From positions 31,098-95,097 of the forward strand of contig CAZRCI010000015.1 of assembly GCA_964598535.1 (NCBI GenBank): DNA of 64,000 nt, written 5' to 3'. Positions 9,269-18,952 of the stretch are shown piece after piece. Position 1 is the stretch's first letter. Every line of letters begins with the position of its first letter. A model generated the notes under the pieces. The model searched no databases and had not been told where the DNA came from. It was given only the letters and a program-made list of their open reading frames with translations. Position numbers and translations under genes: made by a program. Source of the stretch: an uncultured Planctomycetaceae bacterium. Its GTDB lineage: Bacteria > Planctomycetota > Planctomycetia > Pirellulales > PALSA-1355.

Positions 9269-10579
9269 ATGACTTCGTCGATTCGTATTTTGGGAACGCT
9301 GTTGGTGGTGCTGAACGCGATGGTGGCGTCTGGCGATACCATGGAACGGATCCGCCCCGAGAAGCTGCGAGCCACGCACGAGCGGATCGAAGCGCTCAAG
9401 AACCAGCGGCGCGCCGTGGCGCTGACCAGCGGTTATGACGATGTACGCACGCTGTTTCACGTGCACTCGGCGTTTTCGCACGACAGCCGTGGAACGATTG
9501 ACGAAATCGTGGCGGCGGCGAACGAGGCCGGCGTTCGCGTCATCTTGTTCAACGAACATCCGGCGGCGCACTACGACTACGTGAAGGATGGGCATCGCGG
9601 CATGAAGGACGGAGTGCTGCTGATTCCCGGGGCCGAATCAGGTGGATTCCTGGCTTACCCCAACACGAGCATTCAGGATCAAAAGACCGATTCGCCGCAA
9701 GCCTTTGCCGATTTGGTGCGTTCCACCGGGGGGCGGATATTTCTCTGCCATCTCGAAGAACGCCTGGACTGGGAGATTGCGGGCCTGACCGGATCAGAGA
9801 TTTACAACACGCACGCGGATTTCATGGAGGAGACCAAATTTCTCGCGGCAATGCGCTCGCCGCTGACGATGGTGACGTTGATGGGCGCCCTGAAACAGTA
9901 TCCGCAGGAAGTCTTCGGCGCGCTGCTTGACTATCCGGCCGATTACCTGGCGCGGTACGACCAATTGACGCAAAAATCGCGGCTGACCGGCGTTTCGGCG
10001 AACGACGCGCATCACAACCAGGCGTATCGAGCCACGATCACCGAGGATGGCAAAGTTCAGGTTGAAGACGGGCTGGGGGCCAAGGTCGCTCTGATCGATC
10101 CGGAAAAAGTTGCTCCGCTCAAGTTACTGACTAATGGGCGCAAGGAAGGCGACTTGATTTTCGATCTCGATCTCGACCCTTACGCGCGCAGCTTCAGGCA
10201 TGTGAGCACGCACCTGCTAATGCCCGAGATCGATGAAGAAAACGTTTGGCAAGCAATCGACGCCGGCCGGGCGTATGTGGCGTTCGACTGGATCGCCGAT
10301 CCGACGGGCTTTGTCTTTCAGGCCCAGGCGGGCGACAAGACCTGGCCGATTGGCAGCGAAGTCGCCCAGGAGCCCGGCTTGCGTCTGCGGTCCGAGGCGC
10401 CGCTGGACGGCCGTTTCAAGCTCGTTCGCAACGGGGAAGTCGTCGTTGACCAGCGAGGCCCGACCTTGGATGTCGGCGTCGATCAGCCAGGTGTCTATCG
10501 CGTGGAAGTCTGGCAGAGCCTGGCCGGTGAGGATCGCCCGTGGATTTTGACGAACCCGATCTACGTTCGTGGGAGCTAG
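9269..10579 (+). CDS. Secreted PHP-domain-like metal-dependent phosphoesterase
   Basis: Signal-like ILGTLLVVLNAMVASG. FHVHSAFSHDSRG and ILFNEH resemble PHP His/Asp metal ligands. Confidence 0.6.
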   Translation: MTSSIRILGTLLVVLNAMVASGDTMERIRPEKLRATHERIEALKNQRRAVALTSGYDDVRTLFHVHSAFSHDSRGTIDEIVAAANEAGVRVILFNEHPAAHYDYVKDGHRGMKDGVLLIPGAESGGFLAYPNTSIQDQKTDSPQAFADLVRSTGGRIFLCHLEERLDWEIAGLTGSEIYNTHADFMEETKFLAAMRSPLTMVTLMGALKQYPQEVFGALLDYPADYLARYDQLTQKSRLTGVSANDAHHNQAYRATITEDGKVQVEDGLGAKVALIDPEKVAPLKLLTNGRKEGDLIFDLDLDPYARSFRHVSTHLLMPEIDEENVWQAIDAGRAYVAFDWIADPTGFVFQAQAGDKTWPIGSEVAQEPGLRLRSEAPLDGRFKLVRNGEVVVDQRGPTLDVGVDQPGVYRVEVWQSLAGEDRPWILTNPIYVRGS

Positions 10580-10850
10580 CAGGCTGCTAGAGTTCCGTCA
10601 ACGTTTCATTTTCGGGTGCAGTCTTCCGGGGAGCATTTGGTTGCGCCAAACCGCTTGCGCGATTGGCGGCGTTGCGCGACAGCGGAATGAATCGGATGGA
10701 CGCTAGACCACGGCGGGATCTCCTGACTACGATACACAGACCTGCTGTTTCGGAACAGGCTTTTGGCCGCGCGTGCCTTCAAGCGGCGCAATCCTGCAAA
10801 GCACGATGGATCGAGGTACGCGGCGTGCGGACTCGACCGCGATCTGCCCG

Positions 10851-11792
10851 ATGACGACTGAACTGCAATCTCTTGTCAGCGATCTCGAGAACAACATTAC
10901 CCAGGTCGTGTTGGGAAAGTCCGAGGTTGTTCGGCTCTGCATCGTATCGCTGCTGGCGTCGGACCACGTTCTGCTGGAGGATGTGCCGGGGGTTGGCAAG
11001 ACGTTGATCGGCAAGGCCTTGTCTCGTAGCATCTCGGCCAACTTTTCGCGCATCCAGTTTACGGCCGACCTGCTTCCCAGCGACATCACAGGGGGCAATG
11101 TCTATAACCCGCAAACCGGTCAATTTACGTACACGCGCGGACCGATCTTCGGCAACATCATTCTGGCCGATGAGATCAATCGCACGCCGCCGCGCACGCA
11201 GAGCGCGCTGTTGGAGGCGATGAGCGATCGGCAGGTGACCATCGATGGCGAGACGCATGCGCTGCCGCAGCCATTTATGGTGATCGCGACCCAGAATCCC
11301 TTTGAATTCGAAGGCACCTATCCATTGCCCGAGAGTCAACTGGATCGTTTCTTGATGCGAATCGCCGTGGGCTATCCGGATCGCGAGGACGAAATTCAGG
11401 TGCTCAGCAGCCATCGGATCAGCGAACCGGTGGACAATCTGCGACACGTGCTCGACGCGCAGCAGGTCATCTCCTTGCAGCAAGCGGTTCGACAAGTGAC
11501 TGTTGACGAGAGCATTAACCGCTATTTACTGGATATTGTGGACGCCACGCGCAAGTGCGACGAGCTGCGCGTGGGGGTGAGCACTCGCGGAGCGCTTTGT
11601 CTCTATCGGGCGGCACAAGCGCTGGCCCTAGTTGAAAATCGATCGTTTGTCACCCCGGACGATGTCAAACGGTTGGCTGTGCCCGTGCTGTCACATCGCG
11701 TCATTGCCAAGGGGTACTTGCAGGGTACCCATCGCCAGGCGATGGAATCACTCATCGCGCGACTGGTCGACGAAGTGACGGTTCCCAGATAG
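10851..11792 (+). CDS. MoxR-family AAA+ ATPase
   Basis: LLEDVPGVGKTLIG (Walker A), ILADEINR (Walker B), VIATQNP. Start chosen at MTTELQSLVSDLE. Confidence 0.9.
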   Translation: MTTELQSLVSDLENNITQVVLGKSEVVRLCIVSLLASDHVLLEDVPGVGKTLIGKALSRSISANFSRIQFTADLLPSDITGGNVYNPQTGQFTYTRGPIFGNIILADEINRTPPRTQSALLEAMSDRQVTIDGETHALPQPFMVIATQNPFEFEGTYPLPESQLDRFLMRIAVGYPDREDEIQVLSSHRISEPVDNLRHVLDAQQVISLQQAVRQVTVDESINRYLLDIVDATRKCDELRVGVSTRGALCLYRAAQALALVENRSFVTPDDVKRLAVPVLSHRVIAKGYLQGTHRQAMESLIARLVDEVTVPR

Positions 11793-12056
11793 GGTCGCGG
11801 TGTCGGAGCGTACCAGAGTCCCCCAATTTTCAGGCGACCAATCGGCGACGCGGGATGGCTAAGGAGATCTGCGATACCGTGGCGAAGGCAAGCCTACTTT
11901 AGGAGGTGGCTATTTTTCCTGCGCCAGCCCCCCCGAATTTGGCGGAGTCGCCGGTGTTGCCGCAGAACCTCGGATCGGGCAACGCCAATTCGCGGTAGAA
12001 TGAGGAAACAGCCCGCGGCCCAGGCCCTTGGCATCTAACTTTTTCGTCTAACGACT

Positions 12057-13238
12057 ATGGCTCGCCCCCAACAAACTCGACTTACGCGCCTGGGGGTCTA
12101 TTACAGCATCGTGACGCTGACCGTGCTCGTGGGAGCGACAAGCCGGCAGCTCAACCTGTTGATGCTGGTCGGCTGTGTCCTGGTAGGGCCGCTGCTGATG
12201 AGCTTTCTGTATGGACGTTGGGCAATCAGCAGGGTTTCTGTCGCACGCACGTTGCCGGCCAGTTTGCATGCCGGACAGCGGCTGCGCGTGGACGTGCAGT
12301 TTTCGAATCTACACAAATGGTTCGGGCTGTGGGCGATGCGGGTGGATGACGCGATCGAGCATCAGGCGATTCATTCCAACCAGTCAGCCAGCGTCGGAGT
12401 GTTTTTTCCGTACGTGCCGCGGGACACGGCGAGGCAGGGACATTACGAAGGTGTGCTGCCGTTTCGAGGGAGTTACCGGTTCGGCCCGTTGCGCGTCTCC
12501 ACGCGTTTCCCAATGGGGTTGATGCGACATAGTCTGACCAGCGGCGCGCCCATGGAGCTGCTTGTGCACCCGAAGCTGGGGCGGTTGAGCCCGGGCTGGC
12601 TGAAGCAGATTCGAGAGCACGAGTCGGGTACGCAACGGATGCCCCGCCGAGGTCTGCTCGAGGCAGACTTTTATGGCTTGCGTGAATGGCGGCCGGGGGA
12701 CAGCCGCCGCTGGATCCATTGGCGCACGTCCGCGCGACGGGGCGGGTTGATCGTGCAACAGTTCGAGCAACGGCGCAGCCAGAACCTGGCGATTCTTGTG
12801 GATCTGTGGCAGCCTTCCCAGGCCGAGGCCCGTGATTTGGAGAACGTCGAGCGGGCAATCAGCTTCACGGCGACGTTGTTGACGGAACTGTGTCGCAAGC
12901 CCGGCGCGCAGTTGCATCTCGAAGTGGCCGCTCGCGAGCCGCTTACAAACGCGGGCGCCGGTTCTCCCGTATTTCTACGAGAGCAGATGGATGCTTTGGC
13001 GATTGTAACGCCGCACGCGGGCGCCACGTTTCCCGAGCGGCTGGGCCATGTGCTGGCACTGATTCCGGCGGCGACTCCGACGGTCATGGTGACGACGCGC
13101 GGGATCGATTGGGAGGCATTTGCGCGGGCGGCCGCGGAGCGAGAGGCGCAGCTCGACGGCCGTACCCTTTTGGAAGTTGACGTTCGCGGAGACGTGTTGC
13201 AACGTTTGTTTGAGGAAAACGCTACCGCTGCGGGATAA
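12057..13238 (+). CDS. DUF58 domain protein (MoxR partner)
   Basis: Two N-terminal TM helices. GDSRRWIHWRTSARRGGLIVQQFE is the DUF58 hallmark. It directly follows MoxR. Confidence 0.85.
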   Translation: MARPQQTRLTRLGVYYSIVTLTVLVGATSRQLNLLMLVGCVLVGPLLMSFLYGRWAISRVSVARTLPASLHAGQRLRVDVQFSNLHKWFGLWAMRVDDAIEHQAIHSNQSASVGVFFPYVPRDTARQGHYEGVLPFRGSYRFGPLRVSTRFPMGLMRHSLTSGAPMELLVHPKLGRLSPGWLKQIREHESGTQRMPRRGLLEADFYGLREWRPGDSRRWIHWRTSARRGGLIVQQFEQRRSQNLAILVDLWQPSQAEARDLENVERAISFTATLLTELCRKPGAQLHLEVAAREPLTNAGAGSPVFLREQMDALAIVTPHAGATFPERLGHVLALIPAATPTVMVTTRGIDWEAFARAAAEREAQLDGRTLLEVDVRGDVLQRLFEENATAAG

Positions 13239-13243
13239 CGTAG

Positions 13244-15571
13244 ATGACGCCGAATTTGTTGCGACCATTTGCTCATCTGGCAATCGCCTTGCAGATCGTC
13301 TTGTCCTCGCTGCTCATTGTGTGGGGCGAGGGCAGCGTGGTTCTGTTCGTCACGACCCTCGCGCTATTGGCCATCTCGGCCTATGTAACGGATTGGCGGC
13401 AATGGTTTCGCTTGAGCCAGCGAAGCGCGGATCTGCTGGCATTGGCGATGGTTACCTTCACGGCCATCGCGGCGTTTCGCACCGACCGTCAAGGGTTGTT
13501 GCTGGTCGTGGCGAATTTACAGTCGTATCTCCAATATGTGTTGTTTTTTCAGACCAAGACCGCACGCATCTATTGGCAGTTGTCACTGTTGAGCCTCGGG
13601 CAAATGGCAATCGCTTCGACGCTCCTTCCGACTCCCGCGTTTGGTATCGTGCTGGCGATCCAGTTGCTGCTGGGCATCGTGGCGTTTGCCTTGCTGTTGA
13701 TCGACGCGGAGTCCGAGGCCGTACGGCAGCCCAGCGTGGGGCCACTAACGCTGCATGGCGGCTCGGCCGAGGTGAACCCTGCGGGACGCGGCTTCACGGG
13801 GGGCGAGATTTCCTATCTGTGGAAGGGCCTGCTGCCGGGGACAGTACTGGCAGTCGTGGGAACGGTTGTCATCATCATGCCGCTCTTTTTGGCGCTCCCG
13901 AGATGGAACGTATCGATGTTCGAGTCGACCGACGCCTCGCCGATTCGCACCGTCGGGTTTACCGACAGCGTGATGCTCGGCGAGCTGGGGGGCGCGGTCA
14001 ACAACCCGGAACTCGTCATGCGAGTCACCTTTTTTCGAGGCCGCGGAGATTCGCCCATTCGCCTGGCCGGTGAACCGCTGTTTCGCGGTACGGTGTTGAC
14101 TCGCTACGAGAATCATACGTGGAGCCAGCCCGCTCCGGCGCAACCGATTCACCTTCCCGACGAGGTTCGTAGTGCGATTACTCGGCAACGCATTTCGGCC
14201 GAACCGCTCGACACGCCCGAGATTTTTCACGTTTCGCCGGCCGTGGCCGTCGACGGGCCGGACCAGCGTTTGAAGCTCAATCCGATCACGGGGCGTCTAT
14301 TTCGGGCGGAAGAATTTCAACGTCGAACTTTGGAGTTCGACATCGGCACGACGGGGATTCGCGGGGATCGGCAGCGAACGGTGTTGCCAGCGCTGCGATC
14401 TCCGCAGAACATCGCGTCGCTGTTAGGGCCATTTAACGGGCCCGGGGCGAGCGATCAGTTTCCGCGGATTTCGGCATTGGCCAGTCAAATATTGGCCGAT
14501 CAGGATATCGATCCGACGGAGACCCCGATTCAGGCCGCGCATGCGCTGTCGGATTACTTTCACAAGTCGGGCAGTTTTTTTTACTCGATCGAGCCGCAGC
14601 AGCGAGATCCTGAGCTCGATCCGCTGGAGGATTTTGCCAGCGAAAATCGCTCGGGCCATTGCGAGTATTTTGCCGGCGCGCTGGTGCTGATGCTTCGCAG
14701 CCAGGGGATTCCGGCGCAAATGGTCATCGGCTTCAAGGGCGGTGAATGGAACGACGTCGGAAAGTATTACCAGGTGCAGCAGTTGCACGCCCATGCCTGG
14801 GTTGAAGTGCTGCTGACAGGAAATCACGTGCCGCAAAACGAGTTTGCGGGAGAAGAATTGCCGACCGCGGCGTGGTTGGTGCTCGACCCGACCGAAGGAA
14901 CTCACGAGGCCACGACCACGGACAATAGTGACATCTTCGCTCAATTCCGACAATCGATCGACTATGCTCGTGTCTTGTGGATCAATTATATCGCCAGCTT
15001 GAACGCCAAACGGCAGCGTCAAGGGATCTACGAACCATTGGCCGCGGGGATCGAGGCGGGCATCGACAATCTTTTTAGCGTCGAGGCCTGGCAAGCGCGT
15101 CTGGACGTGCTTGAGCAAAGCCGCATCGGACGCTTCTGGTTCTGGTATCGCCACCATTGGTTCAGTTGGCGCGGAGGGTTGGTCGCGATAGGGTTTTGCC
15201 TGGGGGGCGCGGCAATCTTTTTCGGCGTCAAATCCGCCTGGAATGCCATCCGCCGCCGCGGCTGGTTGGGGACTCCGCCGCCGCTTGAAGCGGGGCCGGT
15301 GCTGGAGATGTACCGCCGCCTGGAATCGGTGCTGGCGCCGCTGGGGATCGTGCGGAGCCCCTCGCAAACGGCATATGAGTTTGCGCTGGCGGCTGGCGGG
15401 GAGTTGGCCGACCGGGCGGAGTATCAGCGGTTGTCGCCGCTTCCAGGCCGTATTGTCACGGCCTTTTATCGCCTGCGCTTCGGCGGCCACACCCTAGACA
15501 AGCCCGAGGCCGAGGCTGTAGAACAGGCTCTCACCGAATTGGAAGTCGTGCTCGATCGCTCGCGCAAGTGA
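13244..15571 (+). CDS. Transglutaminase-domain membrane protein (TgpA-like)
   Basis: Multi-TM N-terminus. Transglutaminase core SGHCEYFAGALVLMLRSQGIPAQMVIGF ... HAWVEV ... LDPT (Cys-His-Asp). Third gene of the MoxR operon. Confidence 0.85.
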   Translation: MTPNLLRPFAHLAIALQIVLSSLLIVWGEGSVVLFVTTLALLAISAYVTDWRQWFRLSQRSADLLALAMVTFTAIAAFRTDRQGLLLVVANLQSYLQYVLFFQTKTARIYWQLSLLSLGQMAIASTLLPTPAFGIVLAIQLLLGIVAFALLLIDAESEAVRQPSVGPLTLHGGSAEVNPAGRGFTGGEISYLWKGLLPGTVLAVVGTVVIIMPLFLALPRWNVSMFESTDASPIRTVGFTDSVMLGELGGAVNNPELVMRVTFFRGRGDSPIRLAGEPLFRGTVLTRYENHTWSQPAPAQPIHLPDEVRSAITRQRISAEPLDTPEIFHVSPAVAVDGPDQRLKLNPITGRLFRAEEFQRRTLEFDIGTTGIRGDRQRTVLPALRSPQNIASLLGPFNGPGASDQFPRISALASQILADQDIDPTETPIQAAHALSDYFHKSGSFFYSIEPQQRDPELDPLEDFASENRSGHCEYFAGALVLMLRSQGIPAQMVIGFKGGEWNDVGKYYQVQQLHAHAWVEVLLTGNHVPQNEFAGEELPTAAWLVLDPTEGTHEATTTDNSDIFAQFRQSIDYARVLWINYIASLNAKRQRQGIYEPLAAGIEAGIDNLFSVEAWQARLDVLEQSRIGRFWFWYRHHWFSWRGGLVAIGFCLGGAAIFFGVKSAWNAIRRRGWLGTPPPLEAGPVLEMYRRLESVLAPLGIVRSPSQTAYEFALAAGGELADRAEYQRLSPLPGRIVTAFYRLRFGGHTLDKPEAEAVEQALTELEVVLDRSRK

Positions 15572-15677
15572 CCATTCCCAACCCTCCCTGCCGCGAGCGA
15601 ACCGGCTGAGCTCTTACCGCGCAGCACTCTCCGCTATGGAGCTGCGCTTGCAGTGACACGAAGCTATTATTAGTGAC

Positions 15678-16715
15678 ATGAAAATTGGCCTCATCGGTTA
15701 TCAGGGCTCTGGTAAGAGCACATTTTTTCAGTGGTTGACGGGTGTGCAACCAGACCCGGCGCTGGCCCACTCGTCGCAACAGGCGATGGCGGCCGTGCCA
15801 GATGAGCGCGTTGACCCGCTATGCAAGATCTACACTCCCAAGAAAATCACGCTGGCGTCGCTCGAACTGGTGGATAGCGCCGGACTGAGCCGGACCCACG
15901 AGGGCAACGCCGCGCGGCTCGCGCAGATTCGCGAGGCCGGCTGCCTGGTGCTGGTGGTCGGTGCGTTCGAGTCGGGCGTCAACGCGATGGCCGACGTCGA
16001 CAGCTTTGCCGAAGATTTCTTGCTGGCGGATATGGAGATCGTTTCGGGGCGCGTGGAACGGCTGCGCGAAAGCACCAAGAAGCCCCGGCCGGGAAGAGAT
16101 CAGGAACTTGCGGAGCTGGCAGCGCTCGAACCGTTGTTGGCCGCCTTGGAAGCCGGCACGCCGCTTTCCGAGATCGACATGAACGAAGAACAGCTCAAAG
16201 TAACGCGATCGTTTCGGTTGTTGACCGAGAAGCCAAAGTTCGTGATTTTTAACATCGCCGACGATGCCGATCCGGCGTCGTTCCTGGCCAAGCTCGCGGC
16301 GCAAAAGCCCGATCTGCGGGCCGTGGCCGTGCCGGCCGGCTTGGAGCTCGAACTCTCGAAGATGAGCCCTGAAGATCGTGAGGCGTTTCGCGAGGAGATG
16401 GGCGTGGGCGGCTTCGATCGCGATACGCTGCTTCGCACGCTGCTCGATGTGTCGGGGCAGATGTTGTACTTCACGGCCGGCGAAAAGGAAGTTCGCACGT
16501 GGATGCTTCGCAAAGGCGGCACTGCGCTCGAAGCGGCGGCGAACATTCACACCGATCTTGCCCGGGGATTCATTCGGGCGGAAGTGATGAAATGTGCCGA
16601 TCTGGTCCGTCTGGGAAGCGAGCGCGAAATCAAGGCCGCGGGCCTGGTCCGGCAGGAACCCAAGGACTACGTCATCCAGGATGGCGATATCCTTAATATT
16701 CGCTTCAGCGTCTAA
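15678..16715 (+). CDS. ychF: YchF-family GTPase/ATPase
   Basis: P-loop GYQGSGKSTFF. C-terminal TGS-like end IHTDLARGFIRAEV ... KDYVIQDGDILNIRFSV matches the YchF C-terminus. Confidence 0.8.
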   Translation: MKIGLIGYQGSGKSTFFQWLTGVQPDPALAHSSQQAMAAVPDERVDPLCKIYTPKKITLASLELVDSAGLSRTHEGNAARLAQIREAGCLVLVVGAFESGVNAMADVDSFAEDFLLADMEIVSGRVERLRESTKKPRPGRDQELAELAALEPLLAALEAGTPLSEIDMNEEQLKVTRSFRLLTEKPKFVIFNIADDADPASFLAKLAAQKPDLRAVAVPAGLELELSKMSPEDREAFREEMGVGGFDRDTLLRTLLDVSGQMLYFTAGEKEVRTWMLRKGGTALEAAANIHTDLARGFIRAEVMKCADLVRLGSEREIKAAGLVRQEPKDYVIQDGDILNIRFSV

Positions 16716-16920
16716 CGCTTAGGCTTGGGAGGGGCGCGCGGCCCGCACCGAACCGCGGCTGGCGGAGCGTCGTCCGAGCAGCGGTGATCGCCGCCGTTGG
16801 CAGAAAGCACCGCCGGTTGCGAGGCGGCCCATTGCTTGCCCCCATCGAACTGGCAATACTGAGCGCAGGCGGACTTCGGAAAATTGCTACGACGACCGGG
16901 CTCCTGCGAAAGGCGAATGC

Positions 16921-17955
16921 GTGAGCGCTGAAACTCCGGCGGAATCCGTCCCGCGACTGACATTTCCTCCTTTGATCACCGTCCAACAGCACATTCTTAG
17001 CGAGCAACGCCGATTCAGCGGCGCCTCGGGTGAGTTTTCGTGGCTGCTGTCGGGAGTGACGCTGGCTACCAAGCTGATCGAGGCCAAAGTCCGCCGGGCG
17101 GGCCTCTCGGATATTCTGGGGGTCCAGGGCGACGTGAACGTCCAGGGCGAGATCCAGCAGAAGCTCGACGTGTATGCCAACGACATGCTGTTGCATGCGC
17201 TTCGTGTGCGCGAGAGCGTGGCGGTGATGGCGTCAGAGGAAAACGAGCACCCGATCCTGGCGGGCGGATCTCCGAACGCGAAGTATATCGTGGTGTTCGA
17301 CCCGCTGGATGGCTCGTCGAATATCGACGTGAATGTCAGCGTCGGCACCACGTTTTCGATTCTCAAGCGGACCGGGCCGCTAGACAGCAGGGCCACGGTC
17401 GATGAGGTATTGCAACCCGGCAGCCAACAGATCGCGGCAGGCTATGTCCTGTATGGCTCGTCGACCATGCTGGTTTATACGGCAGGCAACGGCGTGCATG
17501 GTTTCACGCTCGATCCAGCGGTCGGCGCCTATGTGCTCTCGCACCCGGATATCAAGATTCCCGAATCGGGCCCCTATTATTCGATGAACGAGGCGCACCT
17601 GGATCGCACGCCGGCGCCCTATCAGCGTTATGTGGCGGGGCTGCGAAGTGGCGAGTTTGGACACCGGTACGCGTCGCGTTATATTGGCTCGATGGTGTCG
17701 GACTTCCACCGGACGCTGCTCAAGGGCGGTGTGTTTTTGTACCCCCCGAATACCGAACGGCCGCAGGGGAAATTGCGGCTGTTGTATGAAGCCAACCCGA
17801 TTGCTTTCATCGCCGAGCATGCAGGCGGCCAAGCCAGCAACGGCCGCCTGCGTATTCTCGACATCAAGCCCGGCAGCATTCACGAACGAACTCCGCTCGT
17901 GGTGGGAGGTCCGGCGGAAATGCAAGCCTTTGAACGTATTATGGCCGAGGCTTGA
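16921..17955 (+). CDS. fbp: Fructose-1,6-bisphosphatase class 1
   Basis: GEFSWLLSGV, VMASEENE, FDPLDGSSNIDVNVSVGT (metal site), GKLRLLYEANPIAFIAEHAGG. GTG start. Confidence 0.9.
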   Translation: MSAETPAESVPRLTFPPLITVQQHILSEQRRFSGASGEFSWLLSGVTLATKLIEAKVRRAGLSDILGVQGDVNVQGEIQQKLDVYANDMLLHALRVRESVAVMASEENEHPILAGGSPNAKYIVVFDPLDGSSNIDVNVSVGTTFSILKRTGPLDSRATVDEVLQPGSQQIAAGYVLYGSSTMLVYTAGNGVHGFTLDPAVGAYVLSHPDIKIPESGPYYSMNEAHLDRTPAPYQRYVAGLRSGEFGHRYASRYIGSMVSDFHRTLLKGGVFLYPPNTERPQGKLRLLYEANPIAFIAEHAGGQASNGRLRILDIKPGSIHERTPLVVGGPAEMQAFERIMAEA

Positions 17956-17982
17956 ACGCGATTTAAACCCCGCGGACGAAAC

Positions 17983-18147
17983 GGTGGTGTCCTAAGAGTG
18001 TGTTGCTGGAAGGGAATGCCTGTGTGGCACGCTCAGAGCGCAGCGTGGGCGTGCTGAAGTTGACTCGGAAAATCATGGTCATTCGAGCACGCCCTTCGTT
18101 CCTCAGGGCCGTGCCACCTCCGGCAACACATTTTTAGGACACTACCT
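17983..18147. mobile_element. MITE-like non-autonomous element, copy 1 (165 bp)
   Basis: Ends GGTGGTGTCCTAAGAGTGTGTTGC ... GCAACACATTTTTAGGACACTACC form about 26-bp imperfect terminal inverted repeats. It is flanked by direct ACGAAAC (17976-17982 and 18148-18154). The interior is near-identical to the copy at 28284-28488. Confidence 0.75.
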
Positions 18148-18319
18148 ACGAAACCCACAGCCTATTGCGGGGTTTATAATGGTGCGCTATGGACTAACGC
18201 CTGTAAAACAGGGGGGGCGAGCTGATACTTGCGGCGGCATGCAAGCATCAGAAGAGCTGGCCTTTCCCCTCTGGGGACATGCAAGTTAACGACTTACCGC
18301 AGACTGAATTGGAGATGTC

Positions 18320-18901
18320 ATGAGCCGCAATAATAAGACCGTGCTCGCGCTGTTGGCGGTGGCGGGTCTCGCCGCCGTGGCCTATGCGCTTCTGCCTGCG
18401 GGGCCCGATCCCGATTTGGTCAAGGTGCAGCAGTTGCAAGAGAAACTTTTCGATCCCAACGCCAAGCTTTCGGACGACGAGCGGCGCGAAGGGTTTCGCG
18501 AGCTGCGAACCGCTTCGGAAAACCTGACCGACGACCAGCGAACGCAGGTTTTTCGCGAGAATCCCATGGCGCGGCGAATGCGACAGTCGGTGGTCGAATA
18601 CTTCGACCTGCCTGAGGATAAACGCGTGGCGTTGCTCGACAAGCATATCGATGAGATGGAAAAGTTTCGGAAGCAGGCCGAGAAAAGGAGAGCGGAACGC
18701 CGTGAAAAAGGGGATGGACCTCCGCCGAATTGGGGTAACCGCGACGGCGCTGGCGGCGATCCCAACGCGATGCGCAAGCGGATGCTCGACAATACGTCGC
18801 CGACCGAGCGGGCCATGTTCGGCGAGTATTTCAAACAACTGGGAGAACGTCGCCAGCAGCGCGGTCTGCCGCCGATGGGCGGACCCTTTGGTCAGCGATA
18901 G
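18320..18901 (+). CDS. Secreted/periplasmic charged protein of unknown function
   Basis: Signal anchor TVLALLAVAGLAAVAYALL. Highly charged helical sequence with one LTxxQ-type motif (NLTDDQRTQVF) as seen in CpxP/Spy-type proteins; this resemblance is weak. Confidence 0.55.
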   Translation: MSRNNKTVLALLAVAGLAAVAYALLPAGPDPDLVKVQQLQEKLFDPNAKLSDDERREGFRELRTASENLTDDQRTQVFRENPMARRMRQSVVEYFDLPEDKRVALLDKHIDEMEKFRKQAEKRRAERREKGDGPPPNWGNRDGAGGDPNAMRKRMLDNTSPTERAMFGEYFKQLGERRQQRGLPPMGGPFGQR

Positions 18902-18952
18902 CCGGAACCGAGGAGGGGCTGCAAGAAAGGCTTGGACTCTTCAACGAGCCCG

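Noticed and set aside
8006-9595. Long ORFs 8006-8953(-), 8984-9595(-) and the 446-aa version of 8059-9399
   Set aside because: These are alternative frames or N-terminal over-extensions. The extension overlaps the divergent gene starting at 9269 and is Arg/Pro/Ser-rich. The internal ATG 9027 gives the conserved catalytic motif right at the N-terminus.
13120-14073. 317-aa ORF overlapping the DUF58 end and the transglutaminase gene start
   Set aside because: It is an off-frame overlap with two well-supported genes and has Arg/Gly-rich composition.
16712-17396. Minus-strand ORFs between ychF and fbp and over the fbp 5' end
   Set aside because: They have no RBS or motifs and are partly antisense to fbp. 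The intergenic part is too weak to call.
18025-18041. Sigma-54-like TGGCAC-N5-GAGC motif inside both MITE copies (also about 28327)
   Set aside because: The -12 element is only GC rather than TTGC. No obvious downstream gene relationship is shared by both copies. It is kept only as a side note.
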